DNA from: Cryobacterium sp. | GTDB lineage: Bacteria > Actinomycetota > Actinomycetes > Actinomycetales > Microbacteriaceae | NCBI GenBank assembly: GCA_039924805.1 | Contig: JBDTAA010000116.1 | Span: 1 to 33,773, forward strand | Direction: 5' to 3' | DNA: 33,773 nt | Shown: positions 18,261 to 25,409 of the stretch, piece by piece | Layout of the letters: every line of letters begins with the position of its first letter | How positions within the stretch are numbered: the first letter of the stretch is position 1 | The notes under the pieces: generated by a model | Seen by the model: only the letters and a program-made list of their open reading frames with translations | The model's database searches: none | What the model was told of the DNA's origin: nothing | Made by a program: the position numbers and the translations under genes

Positions 18261-19385
18261 ATGGGCGAGAACACAGGGTCGAGGACGGCGGATCTCGCTG
18301 CCGCCGGCGTGAGCATCTGGCTCGACGACCTGTCCCGGGCGCGCATCTCCTCCGGCGGCCTGAACGACCTCATCGCCGAGCGGAACGTGGTGGGTATCAC
18401 CACCAACCCGACGATCTTTGCGGCCGCGCTGGCAGGCGGGGACGCCTATGACAAGCAGCTGACGGCGTTGGCGGCCGCGGGCGCTTCGGTGGCCGACACG
18501 GTCTTCGCGCTCACCACGGCGGATGTCGCCACCGCCTGCGATGTCTTCCTGCCCGTGTTCCAGGCAACGGATGGGCTCGATGGGAGGGTGTCGATCGAGG
18601 TCAGCCCGGCGGTCGCTCACGACGCGGCGGCCACCCTGGACGAGGTCAAGCGTCTGCATGCCGCTGTCGGCCGCCCCAACGCCTACATCAAGATCCCCGC
18701 GACCGAGGAGGGGCTGGAGGCGATCGCCGAGGCCACTGCGCGCGGAATCAGCGTGAACGTAACCCTGATCTTCAGCCTTGACCGCTACCGCGGCGTCATC
18801 GACGCCTACCTGGATGGTCTCGAACGCGCCCACGCGGCCGGACTCGACCTGGCCGGGATCCGTTCGGTGGCGTCGTTCTTCGTCTCCCGGGTCGACACGG
18901 AGGTGGACCGAAAGCTCGAGGAGATCGGCACACCCCCCGCTCTGGCGCTGCGCGGCCTGGCCGGTATCGCCAACGCGCGGCTGGCCCATCAGCTGTGCAT
19001 CCGAGAGTTCTCCACCGATCGCGCCACCCGCTTGCTCGGCGTCGGTGCCCACCGACAGCGCCCACTGTGGGCCTCCACGGGAGTGAAGAATCCGGCGCTG
19101 CGCGACACCCTCTACGTGGAGGAGCTTGTCGCGTCCGGTGTGGTGAACACCATGCCGGAGAAGACGCTGCAGGCGTTCTCCGACCACGGCCAGGTTCGCG
19201 GGGACACCATCACCGGCGGCTACGGGCCGGCCGGGCAGCTGCTCGAGCAGCTGAGCGCACTCGGGATCTCCTACGACGAGGTGACCGCCACCCTGGAGAG
19301 AGAGGGCATCGAGAAGTTCGCCGCCTCCTGGGCCGAGCTCACCGCCACGGTCACGACGGCGTTGCGCGCGAACCGGCCGCGATGA
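18261..19385 (+). CDS. tal: Transaldolase (long actinobacterial type)
   Basis: [27 protein letters not shown], Schiff-base [25 protein letters not shown]. Confidence 0.96.
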   Translation: MGENTGSRTADLAAAGVSIWLDDLSRARISSGGLNDLIAERNVVGITTNPTIFAAALAGGDAYDKQLTALAAAGASVADTVFALTTADVATACDVFLPVFQATDGLDGRVSIEVSPAVAHDAAATLDEVKRLHAAVGRPNAYIKIPATEEGLEAIAEATARGISVNVTLIFSLDRYRGVIDAYLDGLERAHAAGLDLAGIRSVASFFVSRVDTEVDRKLEEIGTPPALALRGLAGIANARLAHQLCIREFSTDRATRLLGVGAHRQRPLWASTGVKNPALRDTLYVEELVASGVVNTMPEKTLQAFSDHGQVRGDTITGGYGPAGQLLEQLSALGISYDEVTATLEREGIEKFAASWAELTATVTTALRANRPR

Positions 19386-19469
19386 CCATGCCGATGCCGA
19401 TGCCAGCCGAGGGACCTGCCGACACGGTGGCTGCGGTCGCGGACGCGAACACGCAGTGGGGCTAGCAGC

Positions 19470-19853
19470 ATGACCGGCAGACTACTCTTCCACGTCGCTA
19501 TCGCCGACGACTGGGAGGCGTGCGTGGCATTGGGCTCCTACGAGGCGGCCACGGAGGGCCGCTCCCTGGAGGAGGAGGGCTACATCCATGCCACCACCGC
19601 CGAGGCCATCCAGCACGTCCTCGACACCAGGTACAGGCAGATCAGGCTGCCGCTGCTGCTCATCGCACTCGATTCGGACGCTTTGGACGTGCCCGTGCAA
19701 TGGGAACCGCCGGGCCACCCGCGCATTCTCGGCCCGATCCCGTGCACCGATCCGGCCGCCATCGTGAGCATCACCCCATTGGCCCGAGAAACAAACCGGT
19801 GGCTCGCCCCCACCGACCCGGGACTGCACTCGGAAAGGCAAAAGGAGCAATGA
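19470..19853 (+). CDS. DUF952 domain protein
   Basis: LFHVAIADDWE...SLEEEGYIHATT...LLLIALD...VQWE...PRILGPI. Confidence 0.85.
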   Translation: MTGRLLFHVAIADDWEACVALGSYEAATEGRSLEEEGYIHATTAEAIQHVLDTRYRQIRLPLLLIALDSDALDVPVQWEPPGHPRILGPIPCTDPAAIVSITPLARETNRWLAPTDPGLHSERQKEQ

Positions 19854-20059
19854 TGTCGAAGCTGGTGGTCGGCGATCGCGTGCGGTAGAACTCAGAGGCG
19901 GGTTTTTGTGACGGGTGTGATCACGAAGAAACACACGCGGGACGTGGAGTACACGGGGCATGTTCGGCGTTGCAGCAAGACCCGCAGTACGAGATCAAGA
20001 GCGACAAGACCGACCACGTGGCCATGCACAAAGCAGACGTGTTCACGAAGGTCGAGTGA
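19850..20059 (+). pseudogene. DUF2945 (Tudor-like, hypervirulence-associated) pseudogene
   Basis: Reconstructed MMSKLVVGDRVR*NSEAGF/VTGVITKKHTRDVEYTGHVRRCSK/DPQYEIKSDKTDHVAMHKADVFTKVE. TAG at 19886 replaces the conserved Trp; +1 shift in the T5 run 19903-19907; second shift near 19979; AAGGAG RBS. Confidence 0.85.
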
Positions 20060-20099
20060 TCCGGGTTCGATGACGAACGGGCGTTCAACCGGGCATGCA

Positions 20100-20630
20100 A
20101 TGCCGCGGGTGTTCACGATCGGTCATTCCACTCGCGATTTTGATGAGGTGCTCGCGATGCTGCGTACGAACGGGGTCACCGATCTGGTCGACGTTCGTTC
20201 GTTTCCGTCGTCGCGGAAGTATCCCCAATGGAACCAGGATGCGATCGAGGACGCATTGCCCGCGGACATCGGGTACCGGTGGATCCGTGACCTCGGCGGC
20301 CGCAGGCATACAGCGGCGGGCGTGACGAGTCCGAACGGCGCCTGGAGGGTCACGGCATTCCGTGACTACGCCGATTACATGGCGACCGAGGAGTTCCAAT
20401 CCGGGCTCGCTGAGCTGCTGCGGGTCGCGAACGAGTCGGTGCCGGCGATCATGTGCAGCGAGGCCGTGCCGTGGCGGTGCCACCGGCGGTTGATCACGGA
20501 CGCGCTCATCGTCGCCGGGGTGGAGGTGTTCGACATCATGACGGTCTCGTCGACCCGGCGCGCGAACATGAACGAGTTCGCGCTCGTGCGGGACGGGAAG
20601 ATCACCTATCCCGGATCTGAAGGAGGTTGA
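20100..20630 (+). CDS. DUF488 family protein
   Basis: VFTIGHSTR, LVDVRSFPSSRKYPQWN, LGGRR, YADYM, MCSEAVPWRCHRRLI; alternative start at 20070. Confidence 0.92.
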   Translation: MPRVFTIGHSTRDFDEVLAMLRTNGVTDLVDVRSFPSSRKYPQWNQDAIEDALPADIGYRWIRDLGGRRHTAAGVTSPNGAWRVTAFRDYADYMATEEFQSGLAELLRVANESVPAIMCSEAVPWRCHRRLITDALIVAGVEVFDIMTVSSTRRANMNEFALVRDGKITYPGSEGG

Positions 20631-20632
20631 GC

Positions 20633-20917
20633 ATGGCCGTGGTCGCGGAAGTTCGCACAATGGTGGTGACGATTCCCACCAGAAGCGTCGCAGCGTACGG
20701 CGAAATCGGACGGGCGCTTGGAATCGGGCCCCGGCAGGCAGGTCGGGCCGTTGCCCTGCTTGGCGACGATGTGCCGTGGTGGCGGGTCGTTTACGCCGAC
20801 GGCACGCCGGCGACGTGCCATGACGGAGGAGCGCGAGCGCTCCTCGAAGCGGAAGGTGTTCCGTTCCGCGACGGCCGCGTCGATCTGGCCACGGTCCGGA
20901 CCGGCGGCATCCATTGA
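20633..20917 (+). CDS. Alkyltransferase-like protein (ATL, MGMT family)
   Basis: AYGEIGRALG.GPRQAGRA; PWWRVV has Trp where the catalytic Cys of PCHR would be; AGGAGG RBS. Confidence 0.88.
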   Translation: MAVVAEVRTMVVTIPTRSVAAYGEIGRALGIGPRQAGRAVALLGDDVPWWRVVYADGTPATCHDGGARALLEAEGVPFRDGRVDLATVRTGGIH

Positions 20918-20922
20918 CCGTG

Positions 20923-21507
20923 ATGGACGACTTCGAAGCGATCAGACAATCCCTCGCCGACGACGAGAGCAGTTCCGCCATGCGGGAACAGGGGTGGCAG
21001 CCGGTGTACACGGCGTCCGCGAGGGCCAGGATCGCGGTGATCGGGCAGGCGCCCGGGCGCAGGGCGCAGGCGAGCGGTGTGCCCTGGGACGACGCCAGCG
21101 GGAAGAGCCTGATGGATTGGCTGGGTGTCACTGAGCATCAATTCCGGAATCCGGACCTGTTCTCGTTGCTCCCAATGGATTTCTACTTCCCCGGGACGGG
21201 CCGCAGCGGTGATCTGCCGCCTCGGAAAGGGTTCGCCGACCGGTGGCACCCGCCACTACTCGCGCTGATGCCCGACGTTGAGTTGACACTGTTGATCGGC
21301 CGGTACGCGCAGAGTCACTATCTGCCGTCGGCGCGGCGCGACACGCTGACAGACACTGTGCGCAACTATCGGCTCTTTCTGCCGGAGCGGTTTCCCCTCG
21401 TGCACCCGTCGCCGCTGAACTTCCGCTGGCAGGCAAAGAACCCGTGGTTCGTCACCGATGTTCTGCCGGATCTGCGCACGCTCGTCCGCGCCGCCCTCGA
21501 CCACTGA
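20923..21507 (+). CDS. Uracil-DNA glycosylase superfamily protein
   Basis: IGQAPG, PWDDASG, PMDFYFPG, LIGRYAQ, PLVHPSPLN; alternative starts at 20914 and 20920. Confidence 0.92.
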   Translation: MDDFEAIRQSLADDESSSAMREQGWQPVYTASARARIAVIGQAPGRRAQASGVPWDDASGKSLMDWLGVTEHQFRNPDLFSLLPMDFYFPGTGRSGDLPPRKGFADRWHPPLLALMPDVELTLLIGRYAQSHYLPSARRDTLTDTVRNYRLFLPERFPLVHPSPLNFRWQAKNPWFVTDVLPDLRTLVRAALDH

Positions 21508-21515
21508 CCCGAGTC

Positions 21516-21546
21516 AGACGTTGATGCGGAACTCCACCGAGTTCCG
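21516..21546 (-). repeat. Displaced duplicate of the ychF 3' end (attR-like site)
   Basis: AGACGTTgAtgCGGAACTCCACC (21516-21538) vs ychF AGACGTTaAacCGGAACTCCACC (22111-22133), 20/23 identical; includes the palindrome CGGAACTC-CACC-GAGTTCCG. Confidence 0.75.
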
Positions 21547-21559
21547 GGACAGAGCAACC

Positions 21560-21997
21560 TCATGACCGGCGATCGTGGCGATCATCGTCGCCCGGCGTGA
21601 GGATCATTCCCTCATGAGTCACTGTCGCTCCGAGCAACTTGCCCTGCTTGTCGAGGAACACCACATCCACATCGCCCAGCTCCGTCCAGAGCTCCGTGCT
21701 CGCAGCGTCGGGAAAGAAGCCCCCAAGGTCGTCAAGGGCTCGGATGATGTCGCGGCTGTAGGCGAACCTGCGCTTCACCGCAGTCAGACGTGGCCGCGAG
21801 TATCCGTTCCCGGGCCCGACACCGACCGTTCTCGTCGATTCCAGGTGTGCGAGCTGCGCGATCAGCGGGTGGGCGTCGTCCCCGTCGTTGAAGACCAGTT
21901 CGATGTGCGCGGTATTCGGTCGCAGAGACTGCATCCACGCCAACTGCGCATCGCGCGAGATGGACTCTCCGATTCCAGAGGTCACGGCCTTCTCCAT
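21560..21997 (-). CDS. Hypothetical protein (cassette cargo)
   Basis: MEKAVTSGIG...GDVDVVFLDKQGKLLGATVTHEGMILTP; protein-like composition; start codon uncertain (ORF open to 22081). Confidence 0.65.
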   Translation of the reverse strand: MEKAVTSGIGESISRDAQLAWMQSLRPNTAHIELVFNDGDDAHPLIAQLAHLESTRTVGVGPGNGYSRPRLTAVKRRFAYSRDIIRALDDLGGFFPDAASTELWTELGDVDVVFLDKQGKLLGATVTHEGMILTPGDDDRHDRRS

Positions 21998-22042
21998 CGT
22001 CTGCAGGTTCGTATCCGCGCCGAGCCGCGCACTGGACGACGC

Positions 22043-22082
22043 TTTGGGTTCTGGGCGAGTCAATACGCACCCAGAACCCAAA
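22043..22082. terminator. 13-bp inverted repeat downstream of ychF
   Basis: TTTGGGTTCTGGG-14 nt-CCCAGAACCCAAA; third CAGAACCC copy at 22099-22106. Confidence 0.55.
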
Positions 22083-22108
22083 ACAATAGGCCATGAAGCA
22101 GAACCCGA

Positions 22109-23181
22109 CTAGACGTTAAACCGGAACTCCACCACGTCGCCGTCCTGCATGACGTAGTCCTTGCCCTCGATCCGGGCCTTGCCCTTGGCGCGGGCCTCGG
22201 CCACCGAGCCGGCGGCAACGAGGTCATCGAAGGAGAAGACCTCCGCCTTGATGAAGCCCTTCTGGAAGTCGGTGTGGATGACCCCGGCGGCCTGCGGCGC
22301 GGTCCAGCCCTTATGGATCGTCCAGGCGCGCGATTCCTTGGGCCCGGCGGTCAGGTAGGTCTGCAGGCCGAGGGTGTCGAATCCGATGCGCGCGAGCTGG
22401 TTGAGCCCGCTCTCCTCCTGGCCGGTAGAGGCGAGCATTTCGGCGGCATCCGCCTCGTCCAATTCCACCAGCTCCGACTCGAGCTTGGCGTCGAGGAAGA
22501 CGGCCTGGGCCGGGGCGACGAGGGACGCGAGGGTGGCGAGCTTCGCGGCATCCTGCAGCACCGCTTCGTCGACGTTGAAAACGTAGATGAACGGCTTGGC
22601 GGTGAGCAGGCCGAGTTCGCGGATCGGCTCGAGGTCGATCGTCGAGGCGGACAGCGGCTTACCGGCGTCGAGGAAGGCCTGCGCGGCGAGGGCCGTCTGC
22701 AGCACGGCCGGGTCGAGCTTGCGGCCCTTGGTGTCCTTCTCGAAACGGGCGACGGCCTTCTCGAGCGTCTGCAGGTCGGCGAGGATCAGCTCGGTGTTGA
22801 TCGTTTCCATGTCGCCGGCCGGGTTGACCTCGCCGTCGACGTGCACGACGTCGGGGTCGTCGAAGCCGCGGATGACCTGGGCGATGGCGTCGGCCTACGG
22901 ATGTTGGCGAGGAATTTGTTGCCAAGGCCTTCCCCCTCGCTGGCGCCGCGCACGATGCCGGCGATGTCGACGAACGACACCGGGGCGGGCAGGAGACGCT
23001 CGCTGCCGAAGATCGTGGCCAGCGCTGCCAGCCGCGAGTCGGGCAGGTTGACGACGCCGACGTTCGGCTCGATCGTGGCGAACGGGTAGTTCGCCGCGAG
23101 CACGTTGTTCTTGGTCAGGGCGTTGAAGAGGGTGGACTTGCCGACATTGGGCAGTCCGACGATTGCAATAGTAAGAGCCAC
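22109..23181 (-). pseudogene. ychF: Redox-regulated ATPase YchF with a 1-bp frameshift (true lesion or sequencing error)
   Basis: GTG 23181 [17 protein letters not shown]...GNKFLANIR, shift at 22896/22897, then EADAIAQV...HTDFQKGFIKAE...DGDVVEFRFNV*. The span is 1073 bp, one base short of 358 codons. Confidence 0.9.
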
Positions 23182-23228
23182 GAGAGTCAATCGTACCGGC
23201 TCGCGGCCGCCCCCTCCTGGACGAGCCG

Positions 23229-23250
23229 TGTCGGTGGCGCGTGAGACCAT
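23229..23250 (+). promoter_or_regulatory. RecA-NDp / PafBC-type promoter
   Basis: TGTCGG-N10-GACCAT, 6 nt before the GTG start. Confidence 0.65.
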
Positions 23251-23256
23251 GAAAGG

Positions 23257-23874
23257 GTGCCTTTGAATTTCACCGCCATCGACTTCGAGACCGCCAACTC
23301 CTCGGCCGCTTCGGCGTGCTCGGTCGGCCTGGTCAAGGTGAGGGACGGCAAGGTTGTCGATCGGGTCGGCTGGTTCATCCGCCCGCCGGCCGGCCACGAC
23401 GCATTCCAGGCATGGAACATCAAGATCCATGGCATCACGGCGTCGGATGTCGCGGGCGCGGCCGGCTGGGCGGCTCAGCTGCCGGACCTCGTGGCGTTCG
23501 CCGACGGCGACCACCTCGTGGCGCACAACGCCGGCTTCGACCTGGGCGTCATCTCGACCTCCTCCACCGTCGCTGGCCTCTCCGTCCCCGACTTCGCCTA
23601 CATGTGCAGCCTGCAGGTGGCCCGGCGCACCTACCACCTCGACTCCTACCGGCTCCCGGTCGCCGCCATGGCCGCCGGGTTCGAGGACTTCGCGCACCAC
23701 GACGCGCTGGCCGACGCCGAGGCGTGCGCGGCGATCATGATCCACGCGGCGCAGCGGCACGAGGTCGACACGCTCGAACAGCTCGCTCACATCACCCGCG
23801 TCAAGATCGGTGTGATCGGCCCCGTCGCCACCCGCGAACACGCCTCAACGCACGGCCCGATGGCGTTGAACTGA
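23257..23874 (+). CDS. DEDDh 3'-5' exonuclease (DnaQ-like)
   Basis: [26 protein letters not shown]. Confidence 0.93.
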   Translation: MPLNFTAIDFETANSSAASACSVGLVKVRDGKVVDRVGWFIRPPAGHDAFQAWNIKIHGITASDVAGAAGWAAQLPDLVAFADGDHLVAHNAGFDLGVISTSSTVAGLSVPDFAYMCSLQVARRTYHLDSYRLPVAAMAAGFEDFAHHDALADAEACAAIMIHAAQRHEVDTLEQLAHITRVKIGVIGPVATREHASTHGPMALN

Positions 23875-23913
23875 CCCGACGCTGACCCTGCGTCTCTCCC
23901 GCCTCGCGGGCTT

Positions 23914-23935
23914 TGTCGGTGGCCACTGTCACACT
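23914..23935 (+). promoter_or_regulatory. RecA-NDp / PafBC-type promoter
   Basis: TGTCGG-N10-CACACT, 6 nt before the ATG of rmuC. Confidence 0.7.
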
Positions 23936-23941
23936 TGACCC

Positions 23942-25303
23942 ATGGACCCACTGCTCAGCCTCATCCTCGGAATCGTCATCGGCGCGCTCCTCGGCGTCCT
24001 CCTGGCGGTCGTCGCCCTGCAACGCCGCCGCGAGGCTCAGCCGACCGGGGCTGACCCGGCGATCCTCGAGGCTCGGCACCAGGTGACGTTGGCCGAAACC
24101 CGGGCGTCCGACGCGGCCGTGCAATCGCTGCTCCGTGAGGAACTTGCGGCGGTGCAGGCCACCGCCGAGGGGATGCGCGGCCAGATCCTCGACGCCCAGC
24201 AGCAGTACCGCGAGCTGATCGAGCGCCAGCGCACCGACCAGGAATCTCGCACGGAGCGCGACAAGCAGGAAAGCAAGGTTCTCCAGGCCCTCGCGCCGGT
24301 CAAGGAAAGCCTGCAGGACATGCAGAAGAAGGTGTCCGAACTGGAGGCGCAGCGCAGCCTGCAGCACGGCGAACTCAGCCAGCAGCTTCGTTCGGCCACC
24401 GAATCGGAGGAGCGCCTCCGCAGCACCGCTGAATCACTTGCCTCCGCACTCCGGTCCAACAGCACTCGCGGGGTCTGGGGCGAGACGCAACTGCGCAGCG
24501 TTGTGGAGGCGGCCGGGCTGATCGAGCGGGTCGACTTTGACATGCAGGCCAGTATCACGTCGGATGCCGGGGCGGGGCGTCCCGATATGGTCGTGCACCT
24601 CCCCGGCGGCAAGAACATCGCCGTCGACGCGAAGGTTCCGTTCAACGCCTTCCTCGAGGCCAGCCAGATCCCCGCCACGGCCACCGGCGCGGAAGGCGCC
24701 AGGCGGGAGGCCTTCATGAAGGCCCATGTCAAGGCGGTGCGTGACCACATCACGGCCCTCGGCAGCAAGGCCTACTGGCAGGGGCTCGAGGCATCTCCGG
24801 AAATCGTGATCGCCTTCATCCCGAGCGAATCGCTGGTGTCATCGGCCATGGAGGCCGACCCGACAATCATGGAGTTCGCCTTCGGCAAGCGCGTCGCGCT
24901 CGCCTCCCCGGTGACGCTCTGGTCGGTGCTGAAGACCGTCGCCTTCAGCTGGCAGCAGGATGTGCTCACCCAGGACGCCAAGGTGCTGTTCGACCTCAGC
25001 CGCGAGCTGTATTCGCGACTGGCCACGACGGCGACGCACATCGAGAAACTGGGGCGCTCGATCGAACGCACCGTCAAGGACTACAACGGCTTCGTCGGCT
25101 CGATGGAACGCCAGGTTTTGCCCTCGGCGCGCAAGCTCAACGCCCTGGACGAGTCAAAGGTGCTCGCGCCGTTGGTCGCTATCGAAGAGACACCGCGTGA
25201 GCTGGCCGCGTACGAGTTCATCGCCGAACTGGAAACCGCCGAGCTCGAGACCGCCGAGCTCGAGACCGCCGAGTTCGAGGCCGCGGCGGCCGCCGCACGC
25301 TAG
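23942..25303 (+). CDS. rmuC: DNA recombination protein RmuC
   Basis: N-terminal TM and coiled coil; RGVWGETQL, RPDMVVHLPG, VDAKVP, FIPSES, ASPVTL. Confidence 0.95.
   Translation: MDPLLSLILGIVIGALLGVLLAVVALQRRREAQPTGADPAILEARHQVTLAETRASDAAVQSLLREELAAVQATAEGMRGQILDAQQQYRELIERQRTDQESRTERDKQESKVLQALAPVKESLQDMQKKVSELEAQRSLQHGELSQQLRSATESEERLRSTAESLASALRSNSTRGVWGETQLRSVVEAAGLIERVDFDMQASITSDAGAGRPDMVVHLPGGKNIAVDAKVPFNAFLEASQIPATATGAEGARREAFMKAHVKAVRDHITALGSKAYWQGLEASPEIVIAFIPSESLVSSAMEADPTIMEFAFGKRVALASPVTLWSVLKTVAFSWQQDVLTQDAKVLFDLSRELYSRLATTATHIEKLGRSIERTVKDYNGFVGSMERQVLPSARKLNALDESKVLAPLVAIEETPRELAAYEFIAELETAELETAELETAEFEAAAAAAR
25223..25282 (+). repeat. 15-bp coding tandem repeat x4 in the rmuC tail
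   Basis: GCCGAACTGGAAACC GCCGAGCTCGAGACC GCCGAGCTCGAGACC GCCGAGTTCGAGGCC = AELET x3 + AEFEA. Confidence 0.85.
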
Positions 25304-25336
25304 GACCGCTTGGCACCAGCACCGCGGCACCACGCG

Positions 25337-25368
25337 ATGGCCCCTCCGTTCGGAAACGAAGGGGCCAT
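25337..25368. terminator. Hairpin between convergent rmuC and glpX
   Basis: ATGGCCCCTcCGTT-CGGA-AACGaAGGGGCCAT. Confidence 0.7.
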
Positions 25369-25409
25369 TGTCCTCGGCGAGTCGACCCGCCGGCGTCAGG
25401 CGACGGGGC

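Larger units (their letters stand above)
21527..22133 (-). mobile_element. 595-bp integrase-less cassette inserted at the ychF 3' end
   Basis: Bounded by the direct repeat CGGAACTCCACC (21527-21538 and 22122-22133); carries a single ORF and no recombinase gene. Confidence 0.6.

Noticed and set aside
19908-20099. Apparent DUF2945-DUF488 fusion (240-aa ORF)
   Set aside because: An artefact of the frameshifted middle of the DUF2945 pseudogene falling in the DUF488 frame.
21575-22096. 173-aa plus-strand ORF within the cassette
   Set aside because: Antisense to the more protein-like minus-strand ORF; its His/Arg-rich composition is typical of a shadow frame.
22890-22900. Programmed ribosomal frameshift in ychF
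   Set aside because: No slippery heptamer, homopolymer or evident stimulatory structure; a simple deletion or sequencing error is more parsimonious.
22786-23841. 351-aa ORF fusing unknown sequence to the YchF N-terminus
   Set aside because: The upstream part is antisense to the exonuclease gene; YchF starts at GTG 23181.
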